Assembly (NCBI GenBank): GCA_009914755.4
Contig: CP068257.2
Span: forward strand, 15,584,001-15,648,000
Length of the DNA: 64,000 bases
Source of the DNA: the human T2T-CHM13v2.0 reference genome, Homo sapiens
Direction: 5' to 3'
Shown piece after piece: positions 14,001 to 26,181 of this stretch. The notes under the pieces were generated by a model. The model was not told where the DNA came from. It made no database searches and was given only the letters and a program-made list of their open reading frames with translations. Positions within the stretch are counted from its first letter, which is position 1, and the number at the start of each line of letters is the position of its first letter. Both the position numbers and the translations under genes were made by a program.

Positions 14001-16370
14001 AGCTCCATCCCTGAGATGCAAGGCTGGTCCACCATACACAAATCAATAAACATAATCCATCATATAAACAGAACCAATAATGAAAACCACATGATTATCT
14101 CAACAGATGCAGAAAAGGCCTTCAACAAAATTCAACACCCCTTCAAGCTAAAAACTCTCAATAAACTAGGTATCAATGGAATGTATCTCAAAATAATAAG
14201 AGCTATTTATGACAAACCCACAGCCAATAACATACTAAATGGGCAAAATTTGGAAGCATTCCCTTTCAAAACCAGCACAAGGCAAGTATGCCCTCTCTCA
14301 CCATTCCTACTCAACATAGTATTGGAAGTGCTGGCCAGGGCAATCAAGGAAGAGAAAGAAATAAAGCTTATTCAATTAGGAAAAGAGGAAGTCAAATTGT
14401 CTCTGTTTGCAGATGACATGATCGTATATTTAGAAAACCCCATCGTCTCAGCCCAAAATCTCCTTAAGCTGATAAGCAACTTCAGCAAAGTCTCAGGATA
14501 CAAAATCAATGTCCAAAAATCACAAGCATCCCTATACACCAATAGTAGAAAAACAGAGAGCCAAATCATGAGTGAATTCCCACTCACAATTGCTGCTAAG
14601 AGAATAAAATACCTAAGAATACAACTTACAAGGGATGTGAAGTATCTGTTCAAGGAGAACTGCAAACCTCTACTCAAGGAAATAAGAGAGGACACAAACA
14701 AATGAAAAAATATTTTATACTCATGGATAGGAAGACTTAATATCTTGAAAATGGCTGTACTGCCCAAAACAATTTATAGATTCAATACTGTCCCCATCAA
14801 GCTACCACTGACTTTCTTTACAGAATTAGAAAAAAACTACTTTAAATTTCATATAGAACCAAAAAAGAGCCTGTATAGCCAAGACAATCCTAAGCAAAAG
14901 AAAACAAAGGTGGAGCCATCATGGTACCTGACTTCAAACTATACTACAAGGCTACAGTAACCAAAACAGCATGGTACTGTTACCAAAACAGATATATAGA
15001 CTGATGGAACAGAACAGAGCCCTCAGGAATAATGCCACACATCTACAACCATCAGATCTTTGATAACCCTGACAAAAATAAGCAATGGGGAAAGGATCCC
15101 CTATTTAATAAATGGCATTGGGAAAACTGGCTAGCCATATACAGGAAACTGAAACTGGACCTCTTCCTTACACCTTATACAAAAATTAACTCAAGTTGGA
15201 TTAAAGACTTAAATGTAAGACCAAAAACCATAAAAACTCTAGAAGAAAACCTAGGCAATGCCATTCAGGACATAGGCATGGGCAAAACTTCATGACTAAA
15301 ACACCAAAAACAATAGCAACAAAAGCCAAAATTGACAAATGGGATCTAATTAAACTAAACAGCTTCTACACAGCAAAAGAAACTATCATCAGAGTGAACA
15401 GACAACCTACAGAATAGAAGAAAATGTTTGCAATCTATCCATCTGACAAAGGGTTAATATCCAGAATTTACAAGGAGCTTAAACAAATTTACAAGAAAAA
15501 AACAACCCCCTCAAAAAGTGAGTGAAAGATATGAACAAACACTTCTCAAAAGAAGACATTTATGTGACCAACAAACATATTTAAAAAAAGCTTATCATCA
15601 CTGGTCATTAGAGAAATGCAAATCAAAACCACAATGAGATACCATCTCACACCAGTTAGAATGGCGATCATTAAAAAGTCAGGAAACAACAGATGCTGGA
15701 GAGGATGTGGAGAAATAGGAATGCTTTTACACTGTTTTCCCACCACTGTTGGTGGGAGTGTAAATTAGTTCAACCATTGTGCAATACAGTGTGGCGATTC
15801 CTCAAGGATCTAGAACCAGAAATACCATCTGACCCAGCAATCCCATTACTGGGTATATACCCAAAAGATTATAAATCATTCTACCATAAAGACACATGCA
15901 CACACATGTTTACTGCAGCACTGTTCACAATAGCAAATATTTGGAACCAACACAAATGCCCATCAATGATAGACTGGATAAAGGAAATGTGGCACATATA
16001 AACTATGGAATACTATGCAGCCATAAAACCAGGATGAGTTCATGTCCTTTGCAGGGACATGGATGAAGCTTGATACCATCATTCTCAGCAAACTAACACA
16101 GGAACAGAAAACCAAACACCACATGTTCTCACTCATAAGTGGGAGCTGAACAATGAGAACACATGGACACAGGGAGGGGAACATCACACACCGGGGCCTG
16201 TCAGGGGTTGGGGCGCTAGGGGACGGATAGCACTAGGAGAAATACCTAACATAGATTATGGCTTGATGGGTGGAGCAAACCACCATGGCACATGTATACC
16301 TGTGTAACAAACTTGCACATTCCGCACAGGTACCTCAGAATTTAAAGTATAATAATTAAAAAAAAAAAAA
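11050..16370 (+). mobile_element. L1PA-family LINE-1, 5'-truncated within the 5'UTR (~5.3 kb), ORFs disrupted
   Basis: The 5'UTR tail (atacccaggcaaacag..gtctggagtggacctccag...gttagaaggaaaactaa) leads into ORF1 with several in-frame stops. Recognisable ORF1 peptide KRPNLHLIGVPESDRENGTKLENTLQDIIQENFPRLARQANIQIQEIQRTPQRYS. ORF2 runs from 12352 (MTGSNSHITILTLNVNGLNATVKRHRLANWIKSQDPLVCCI), with fragments such as the 263-aa ORF 13914-14705 containing [28 protein letters not shown] and [41 protein letters not shown]. The 3'UTR ends ...cctcagaatttaaagtataataattaaaaaaaaaaaaa at 16370. The 5' boundary is uncertain by about 100 bp because sequence at 10960-11050 has weak 5'UTR similarity. Confidence 0.9.
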
Positions 16371-16570
16371 CAGAATTTCTGCAATACTATAGGTGAAGAA
16401 AAAAAAAAATAAAACTGACAATCTTTCCAGGAACTGAATTATAAAGTCAGCAGAATTTCAGAGAAAGTAAAATTTTAAAATAGTCAAGTCTGCAATGCCT
16501 AGACCAAAACTTTGATTAGTACACATGAAATTAAAATATCCAGGTGTATGACTCAAAAATCTTAAATATG

Positions 16571-16887
16571 GCTGGGTTAGTGGCTCATACCTGTAATCCT
16601 AGCACTTCAGGAGGCCAATGTGGGATGATTACTTGAGGCCAGGAGTTCGAGACCACCCTGAGCAACATAGGGAGACCTTGTCTCTACAAAAAAAAAAAGA
16701 AGAGAGAGAGAGAGAGAAATAGCAGGGTCAACATGGTGCACACCTGTAGTCCTAACTACTCAAAAGACAGAGTAAGAATCATTTGAGCTCAGGAGGTGAA
16801 GGTTGCAGTGAACTATAATTTCAACACCGCACTTTAGCCTGGGTGACAGAGAGAGATTCTGTCTCAAGAAAAATAAATAAATACAAT
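16571..16887 (+). mobile_element. Alu SINE with (GA)n expansion in the middle A-rich linker; TSD
   Basis: gctgggttagtggctcatacctgtaatcctagcacttcaggaggcc... with linker aaaaaaaaaaagaagagagagagagagagaaatagc. TSD aaaatcttaaata at 16556-16568 and aaaatcttgaata at 16888-16900, with 1 mismatch. Confidence 0.85.
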
Positions 16888-16960
16888 AAAATCTTGAATA
16901 CCTGGATTCTCTTAAACCTTCTGGGTCCACCAGAAAGGATCCGTTTTTCCTTGTAAAAAA

Positions 16961-19264
16961 TGAACACTGCTCCCTTCGTTTGGCTTTGTCCCCACCCAAA
17001 TCTCATCTTGAATTGTAACTCCCACAATTCCCACTTGTAATAGGAGGAACCTGGTGGGAGGTAATTGAATCATGGGGGCGGGTCTTTCCTATGCTGTTCT
17101 CATGGTGCTGAATAAGTCTCATGCAAGCTGATGATTTTAAATATGGGAGTTTCCATGCAAAAGCTCTCTCTTTTTGTCTACTGCCATCCACGTAAGACAT
17201 GATTTACTCCTCCTTGCCTTCCACCATGATTGTGAGGCCTCCCCACCCATGAGGAACTGTAAATCCAATAAATCTCTTTTTTTTGTAAATTGCCCAGTCT
17301 TGGGTATGTCTTCATCAGCAGCATGAATACGGACTAATACAGTAAATTGGTATCAGTAGAGTGGGGCCCTGCTGAAAAGATACCCGAAAATGTAGAAGCA
17401 AATTTGGAAGTGGGTAACAGGCAGAGGTTGGAACAGTTTGGAGGGCTCAGAAGAATCCAGGAAAATAAGGAAAACTTTGGAACTTCCTAGAGACATGTTA
17501 AATGGCTTTGAACAAAATGCTGATAGTAATATGGACAATGAAATTCAGGCTGAGGTGATTTCAGATGGAGATGAGAAACTTGTTGGGTACTGGAGTAAAG
17601 GTAACTCTTGCTATTTTTTATCAAAGAGACCAGTGACATTTTGCCCCTGCCCTAGAGATTTGTGGAATTTGAACTTGAGAGAGATGATGTAGGGTATTTG
17701 ATGGAAGAAATTTCTAAGCAGCAAAGCATTCAAGATGTGACTTGGGTGCTGTTAAAGTCATTCAGTTTTAAAAGGGAAACAGAGCATAAAAGTTTGGAAA
17801 ATTTGCAGCCTGACAATTGATAGAAAAGAAAATCTCATTTTCTGAGAAGAAATCCAAGCTGGATGCAGAAATTTGCATAAGTGACACGGAGCCGAATGTT
17901 AATCTCCAAGACAATGGGGAAAATATCTCCAGGGAGTATCAGAGGCTGTCATGGCAGCTCTTCCCATCACAGTCCCAGAGGCCTAGGAGGAAAAGGTGGT
18001 TTTGTTTCCGGCCCCAGGGTCCCCATGCTGTGTGCAGCATAGGGACTTGGTGCCCTATGTCCCAGCTGCTCCAGCCGTGGCTGACAGGGGCCAATGTAGA
18101 GCTCAAGCTGCAGCTTCAGAGGGTGCAAGCCTCAAGACTTGGCAGCTTATACATGATGTTGAGACTGCCAGTGCACAGAAGTCAAGAATTGGGCTTTGGG
18201 ACCCTCCACCTAAATTTCGGAGGTTGTATGGAAGTGCCTGGATGTTCAGGCAGAAGTTTGCTGCAGGGGTGGCACTTTCATGGAGAACCTCTGCTAGGGC
18301 AGTGCACAAGGTAAATGTGGGGTCGGAACCCCCAAACAGAGCTCCTACTTGGGCACTGCCTAGTGGAGCTGCGAGAAGAAGGCCACCATCTTCCAGACCC
18401 TAGAATGGTAGATCCACCAACAGCTTGCACCGTGCACCTGGAAAAGCCGCAGAGACTCAATGCCAACCCATGAAATCAGCCTGGAAGGAGGCTGTACCTG
18501 CAAAGCCACAGGAATGGAGCTGCTCAAGGCCGTGGGAACCCACCACTTGCATCAGCATGACCTGGATGTGAGACATGGAGTCAAAGGAGATCATTTTGGA
18601 GCTTTAAGATTTGACTGCCCTGCTGGATTTTGGACTTGCATGGGGCCCATAACCCCTTTGTTTTGGCCAGTGTCTCCCATTTGGAATGGTTGTATTTACT
18701 CAATGCCTCTACTCCCATTGTATCTAAGAAGTAGCTAACTTGCTTTTGATTTTACAGGCTCATAGACAAAAGGGACTTGCCTTGTCTCAGATGAGACTTT
18801 GGACTGTGGACTTCTGAGTTAATGCTGAAATGAGTTGAGACTTTGGGGAACTGTTGGGAGGGCATGATCAGTTCTGAAATGTGAGGACATGAGATTTGAG
18901 AAGGGTCAGGAATGGAATGATATGGTTTGACATTGCCCCCACCCAAATCTCATCTTGAATTGTACCTCTCACAATTCCCATGTGTTGTGGAAGGTAATTG
19001 AATCATGGGGGCGGGTCTTTCCTGTGCTGTTCTTATGGTGCTGAATAAGTCTCATGCAAGCTGATGGTTTTAAAAACAGGAGTTTCCCCATACAAGCTCT
19101 CTCTTTTTGCCTGCTGCCATCCATGTAAGATGTGACTTAATCCTCCTTGCCATCCACCATGATTGTGAGGCCTCCTCAGCCACATGGAACTGGTAGTCCA
19201 TTAAACCTCTTTCTTTTGTAAATAGCCTAGTCTTGGGTTTGTCTTTATCAGCAGCATGAATACA
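16961..19264 (+). mobile_element. complete THE1-type ERVL-MaLR element (5'LTR 16961-17341, internal 17342-18917, 3'LTR 18918-19264)
   Basis: Both LTRs carry the THE1 hallmarks: ...tgtccccacccaaatctcatcttgaattgta...gggaggtaattgaatcatgggggcgggtctttcc...ccatgattgtgaggcctcc...gtaaat(a/t)gcccagtcttgggt.tgtctt.atcagcagcatgaatac(ggactaataca). The internal part begins gtaaattggtatcagtagagtggggccctgctgaaaagatacc, typical of THE1-int. The 5'LTR has a ~12-bp insertion near its start and a diverged cccacttgtaataggagg segment. The 3'LTR lacks the final ggactaataca. Confidence 0.8.
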
Positions 19265-21345
19265 CCCCTTTACTTGAAGATGATGCAGAGACTTCTGCCT
19301 TTCAAGATAGCACATCTCCCTCTGAAGATTCATCTCAACCTTTGCTTGGAGCATCTGGTGACTGAAGAAGAGGCCAAATCCATGAATAATCATTATACAA
19401 TGAGTGGGCAACATTATATGGTGATGATTCAACCAGTCCTTCTTCACAGAAACCTATGACCATTTACTCAGGTAATCATAAACTGGAGATAGAGAATACA
19501 CAAAAATTTTAAGGTCACATTGATTATACAGAAACTCAAAATTATTCAGAACTCCATGTCAGAGTGGAGGTAGATGGTAATAAATATATTCATTTGGTCT
19601 AGTTTACAATGGATGCAACAGGGCATGGAACAACCCAGTAAGTCCTTCCTCTATCTTTCACATTCTATTGGAAGAGACATATTTAGTAGTTGTCTGACAT
19701 CTTCCCAACCCCAGGATTTTTGCTTGGCATTTGGAGGCAAGAGATATCACGGGAAAGACAAAGTGGATACTTCTGTCCAGATATGACAATAAGTAGTTAG
19801 GCTGCTGGATAGCCTAAGAAGAAAATGATAACCAGCAGCTCATAGCCCACAGGGGTGAGGGTCAAGATCACCCACTGGATTAGCCACCTAGGCTAGCAAA
19901 GGTGCTAACCAAGAGTGAAGAGAATCTTGAATGGGTAGAAGAGAAATAAGAGAATAAGTATCAGTTGCAGCCTCCAGACAAGCTATTGCAGCATCAGGGC
20001 TATTTTCAACTACATATTTAAATGTAATGGCTTGGATATAGTGTGTTAAAGAAAATATATTATTAATTTTAACTTTTTTGATGTAGTGATTTGAAACTTT
20101 AAAATAATATATGTATCATGGTTGTGGCTTCCATTACATTCTTATTGGACAAGTGTGCCCTATAATATCTACATATAACCAAAATGTCATCTAAAACCTC
20201 TAATAAAAATCCATCAGTTACTAAATACATGTTTTGTAGCTGACAGAGTAAGATCTATTCAGGTGGCCACACTCTGCAGAAGAATAAACTACACAATGCA
20301 AGCTAATGAGAATCTGAAAAAGGAAAACATCCTTTCAGCCAATTCCTTTCTCCCTCTTTAGAGGAATAGCATAAGTACTACCCGTGAAACAGGACAGAAA
20401 GCTGCAGGAATATGATTATTTATAATTTTAAAAGATCATGAGACTCTGTCTTAGATGCTTTATCTGAACTCAAAACCTATATCCATATCACCACATCACA
20501 CAACTATATCTGCAGCAGTTGAATCTGTTCAGATTGTAGAGGGTCCTGCAGAGCTGCATGCATGGAGAAAATGCATCCTAAAAGTGAGAGCTCACAGTAA
20601 GATATGATCATTACATTTTAGAAACAAAGTTTAAAATAAAGCAGTGACCACAATATTCAGTCATCCACCATAAAATTATGTGCAGTAATCTCCATTTCTG
20701 GATATGGATTGCTAAATAGCAATATATAAACAAACAATATCAAAGTGCCTTTTTGGCTAACTGCCACTCTGCCACTTCTGAACTGAAGCCAATTATGACA
20801 TCACTCGAGCTTCTTGTCCTTTGCTGACCTTCCTACTCATGTTGCCAAAATGTATTAAATTTCTCCTCTACGATTTGTCTTATTCCCTTTGTCTTTGTTT
20901 CTTTAAATAATGACTTGACATCACTTGACCTCAACCTACAATTTTGGCTGGTAATATCACTGAGCAATTCACTTACATAAATGGCTTTGCATAATCATCC
21001 ATTGTGTCACAGAAAAATAATCGTGCAAGAAAAGGTTGAATTTGTATAATGTAGAACTGAAGAAAATTATTTTAATATTCCAAAAATCATACATCCATTT
21101 AGCAGGTAAGATGGAATATTCTATCAAGCTGTAAAAATCCAGTTTCCATGGTACTATAATTAATAAAATGTATAGTTAGTAAACCCATCTATGCATACTG
21201 TTTATTTTAGTATTGTTCAAGTGAAAGTCACTCTGTCCATTAAATCAAAAATAAAAGTGATCCAGTGAAATTGCTTGGTCAATGTGCTTGTAGTTTTTCA
21301 ATTCAGAAATATACCCTAGTTTTATAAAGGATTGAAATAAGGCAT

Positions 21346-21431
21346 ACTGATCTTACATGCATTAGTCCAAGATGAGAAGTCCTTTCCCTGCGAAGGGACC
21401 TTAGGCATCTGCCAAGTTCTGGTGATCTATT
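21346..21431. repeat. left arm of an 86-bp inverted-repeat pair (partner 22308-22393)
   Basis: actgatcttacatgcattagtccaagatgagaagtcctttccctgcgaagggaccttaggcatctgccaagttctggtgatctatt. The reverse complement of 22308-22393 matches with 8 mismatches in 86 (~91%). Confidence 0.6.
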
Positions 21432-21824
21432 ACATGTAACAATGTTTTCTCTGCATTAGCTAAGGTCTTCAAGCATAATCGAAATCCTAGATATATTTGC
21501 ATATCCACATATGCTAAGGAAAATAACTGTTTATCAATTTGATAAAAAATGAATCTCTTTGGCATGTTAAAAGTTTTTTCTGAAAAAAATAGAGCCCAGC
21601 TAATAAAAAATATTTTCTGATAGAATAATTATGTAATAAAATGTGTGCTAGTCTGTATTATGATGTTGACCCATAACATAGTTAGAGCTCAATCAACTAT
21701 ACTTGCAAAATAGTAGCACTTGTTTGTACTTCGTAGTTTACAAGTTCTTTTCACATGTAACATTCAGAATCTTGTAAAATCTTGTGACTTAGGAAGGACA
21801 CATACATATTATTAGTCTGGTTTA

Positions 21825-21920
21825 GAGCTGAGAAAACAAAGGCCCAAGGACATGCTGTCAGAAAGGATCAAAGCCAGAACTTGAATTCAAGGTTTCTGAA
21901 TCTGAATTTCAAATCCTTTC
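21825..21920 (+). mobile_element. MIR SINE fragment (core/3' region)
   Basis: gagctgagaaaacaaaggcccaaggacatgctgtcagaaaggatcaaagccagaacttgaattcaaggtttctgaatctgaatttcaaatcc resembles the MIR consensus (..gaggttaagtaacttgcccaaggtcacacagctagtaagtggcagagctgggattcgaacccaggtctg..). Confidence 0.4.
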
Positions 21921-22307
21921 TATTATATATAACTGGAAAAGAGTATCTGGATTCTTTACCTAATAGTACCTGAAATGTGAGTATACATATTGAATAACTA
22001 TGATAGGGCTATTGGGACTCACCAGTCTCAGTGACCAAATTGTGGCAGAAAAAAATAACATAATGAATGATTGGTTTCTTTTTTTCAGTGATTTGCTTTT
22101 GCAGTCATTGATGATTCTTAAGTGCCAGTCTTCCTGTGCACTATAACACAGGCTGACAGGTACTGCCTCCCCTCAGAGCTCCTAATCTAAAGGAAGAAAT
22201 ACAGTACATATCTGTGCATCCAGAACATGGAGAGGTGCTGTAGCAGAGTGTCAAAAAAGAATAAGCCACATAGAGAAGAGAAATCCTGAGAAAATATTGT
22301 GGTATAT

Positions 22308-22393
22308 AATAGATCACCAGAACTTGGCAGATGCCTGGGGTCCCTTCCCAGCGAAAGAACTTGTCATCTTAGACTAATGCATATAAGATCAGT
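22308..22393. repeat. right arm of the 86-bp inverted-repeat pair (partner 21346-21431)
   Basis: aatagatcaccagaacttggcagatgcctggggtcccttcccagcgaaagaacttgtcatcttagactaatgcatataagatcagt. Confidence 0.6.
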
Positions 22394-22689
22394 GGATCTT
22401 GTCTTCATCCTTTGTAAAACTAATGTGTAGATTTCTAAGACAATTTCTAGCTTCACATTATTATTATCCTATACTCTCATACACCATTGGAGGAGTATCA
22501 ATTAGTAAAATCTTTTTGGAGAACAACTTGCAAAATCAAAAAAACATGTACACATTGACTCTGCAATTTCACTGGATCCACTTATTTCCACCTCTACTAT
22601 TAGGGCTGGTCAAAGTCACAATCATGTCTTATCTGGACTACAATGGTAGCCTTCTTACACTGGTCCTCCTGCTTCCACTTCAGTGCCAC

Positions 22690-23105
22690 TACAGTATCTT
22701 CTTTCTACAGTGATGGGAGAAATCATCCTAAAAGGCAAATCAGATGGTACTACTTCCCTACTTAAAAATCTCCTCATGATTTACGATAACACTTGAAAGA
22801 AAATTCAAATTTCTTCTCTGACTTACAAAGCCCCCAGAAGTCTGTCTTTGTTTCTAATCTCAATCATTCTACTCTCTTGCATGCACCACACATTGACTAC
22901 CCTGGCCTTCTTTCTGTTTCTACATTTGGGCTTTGCACAAGCTGTCCCATCTGCCTCAAATACCCTTCTGTGCTTATCCCTTCAAATTTCAACTTAAATG
23001 TCACCTCTTCAAACGGGCTGTACCTGACAACCCAATCTAAAGGTGACTACCTAACCAATCTGCAGCATATCACTGTTTTAATTCTCTGCACGGCATTATC
23101 CACAA
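22690..23105 (+). mobile_element. L2 (LINE-2) 3'-region fragment
   Basis: Matches the L2 3' consensus in order: caaatcagat..tacttccctacttaaaaatctcc / ...ttgcacaagctgtcccatctgcctcaaatacccttc / ...cttaaatgtcacctcttcaaacgggctgtacctgacaacccaatctaaaggtg (L2: tcaaatgtcacctcctcagagaggccttccctgaccaccctatctaaa). The two ~105-aa plus-strand ORFs here are therefore spurious. Confidence 0.45.
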
Positions 23106-23264
23106 TGTGATACTTTCCTTATTTATTTATTTATACAATTAATTTTTCATGCATCTATTTTTGAATATATGTATGCATGTTCATACATATTTTCTATTTA
23201 TTTGTTTATTTTTTCCTTCCCTCTATGCACTCCAGAGAATTTAAGTTTATAAGAACAGGGAATC

Positions 23265-23430
<166 letters not shown>

Positions 23431-24291
23431 GAAGTCCTGTTCCATTCACGAGTGTATCCCCAGATCCAATAACAATGCCTGACTCATAATTGGCACTTAA
23501 TCACTGAATTTTTAATTCTAATAATGTAACCTGTGGGCATTTTTCCATGCACTATGGTTCCAAGTATGCACAAAGAGTAAATTTCCAGCTTCCTTAACTC
23601 ATGCATTAAGTGCCTACTAGTTGTGATGCCTGAAGAACTGGGAATAAAATCGGTGTGGGATGAATATCAGATGACCTAGAAGAAAATTTGAATTCACATT
23701 GAAAAGTGTGAAATTAAAAAAAAAAGAAAAACACCTAATATAAAACAAAATTGAAATGTTATATAGGGTTCATTCTGGGCATCCAACATTCATCTAATGG
23801 AATAATAGAAGAAGGAACAGAGAAGACAAAATGAAAGAAAAACATCAAAAAAAAAAAAAAAAAAACACAGAAAAATTCTTTGAAAGCTAAGGAAAAACAA
23901 GTCTCCAAAATGAAAAGTGCCTATTAAGTCCTAAGCAGGCAGAATTAAGCTAAGAAAAAAAAAAGTACATGTATTTTCATGAAGGCTCAGATAAATAGGA
24001 GATTGTAAACATACCTACACACTCTTCCTAAAAATTACTTGAGGATCCACTCTAGCAAAATAAATAAGAAAATATCAAAAAGTAAAAGACAAGTGGTCCA
24101 AAAAATTCTAGAACAACACGGGAGCTCAGTAAAAAGGAGACCCAATATTATGGCTATGAAATAGACTTGAAACCAACGGATACCAATTAGAAAAGCAAAT
24201 AGGAGAACTCCAGAAAAAAATGTCTTTAGGACAAAGAATGAAACAGAAATCATAACAGATTATATGTCAAGAATCTAAAAGATCTTAATTA

Positions 24292-24606
<315 letters not shown>

Positions 24607-25870
24607 AGAATGCTATACAAGTAATTCATGGTTCAAATATAAAATAAACTAAAATTAAGCATCATTTTGAGAAAATGATAGAAAGACAATCCATTTAATC
24701 TTGATATTTGAAACAATCTATATAAAGGAGGATTATTTCAATGACTTAGAATTATATTTATTAGCTGTAAATCCAATTACACTACCTGATTTTATAGTAA
24801 ATAACACTTACATTTTCAAAGTATTGCAAAACTCTTTGCTTTCAGTATTCAGAATCAGTGTACAAAGTGCCTAAAATGATTATATTTGCACAATAAAATG
24901 TAAACTTTATACTTTGAGAGTGAAGATGTAGTTGACAGGAGTTTAGAAGTGGAGACTTGTGAGAAGCATGCCAAAAAGTATCAATTTTCTCTTTCTAAAT
25001 GAAAAAAAGAACTAAAAATTTACATTTTGTATCTCGAGTTATAAATGCTACCAATAGAAAAACAAACATAATATATAATAGGTAAATTAAAGATTCTGAT
25101 TCCTGTTTGATCCAGAATCAAACAGGAATGATTTTCCTCTGAAAGTTGCCTTCAGTCATACTCTGAGGTTTCTCTTTCCTTCCATTACTAATATCTGAGC
25201 ACATCCTTTGGCTCTCTGGTCACTTTCACTTACAGAAACAAACGTAATTTTGTAATAAAAGACTTATGTTGAAAAGGTATACTTTTGTCTAAATCAGAAT
25301 TTCAAATTTGTATCCAATTCAAACATCTCCCTTTATCTCAAGCCCCTTCTTTAGCAAGCTCTGAGCCTTGGGTCAAAGGAGAAGCTTTCATTCAACATCC
25401 TGTTACAAATGTAATCAACAAAACTTGGGGGAGGAATGGGGAAGTATAAATTAGATAAATTTACCATCTTTTATACCATGAAATCAATTACTACTCTTAT
25501 AAAGTTAACATATCAAGAAATAGAGGTATAAGTACACTGCTGAAAATTATGATAGTAACCACTACAACACCTAAAAACAGAAATAAGTAGTTACCCTATA
25601 GAGTGGGACTGTGAACAGGTGATTTTTTCCTTCCATTTAATAATACCTTGTAGCCTATGACCATAGTTATGCTGAACATATATGACATTCATATGAATAA
25701 ACAAGTGATGAAAGAAATAATAAAGCACAATGTTAGAAGAAGGGAGTAGTTAAGATTGTCAGACCATCAAATTTCTTTGATGAGTCAAAGTAAAATAAGA
25801 ATTGAAAATAATCATGGGATTTAGCAACATGAAGGTCATTGTTCACATTAACTAAGAAAATTTTACTGGA

Positions 25871-26181
25871 GTGGCCAGGCGCAGTGGCTCACACCTATAA
25901 TCTCAGCACTTTGGGAGACCTGGGCAGGTGGATCCCTTGAGCTCAGGAGTTCGAGACCAACCTGGGCAACATGACAAAACCCCATCTCTATAAAACAAAC
26001 AAACAAACAAAAAATCAGCCAGGTATTGTGGCATGCACCCATAGTCTCATCTACTCGGGGAGCTGAGGTGGGAGGATCACTTGATCCACCGGGTGGTTGA
26101 GGTTGCAGTGAGCCGAGATAGCACCACTGCACTCCAGCCTGGACGATAGAGTGAGACTTTGTCTCAAAAACAAGAAAATAA
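25871..26181 (+). mobile_element. Alu SINE (full length) with 17-bp TSD
   Basis: ggccaggcgcagtggctcacacctataatctcagcactttgggagacc... through ...gcactccagcctggacgatagagtgagactttgtctcaaaaacaagaaaataa. TSD aagaaaattttactgga at 25854-25870 and 26182-26198. Confidence 0.9.

Noticed and set aside
13914-14705. 263-aa ORF and other long ORFs at 44855-45782, 45969-47071 and 55169-55822
   Set aside because: All translate to LINE-1 ORF2 (reverse transcriptase / C-terminal) segments of degraded L1 copies ([39 protein letters not shown] motifs). They are transposon pseudo-ORFs, not host genes, and none is intact end to end.
17817-18403. 165-aa and 135-aa plus-strand ORFs (17817-18314, 17996-18403)
   Set aside because: They sit inside the THE1 internal region (THE1-int), which is non-coding as far as is established. 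The peptides have no recognisable domain, overlap each other in different frames, and the homologous THE1-int copy at 51717-52853 does not preserve them.
22399-23110. Two ~105-aa plus-strand ORFs (22399-22713, 22793-23110)
   Set aside because: They overlap an L2 LINE 3'-region remnant (22690-23105) and low-complexity sequence. There are no splice or start signals and the peptides look like random hydrophobic sequence.
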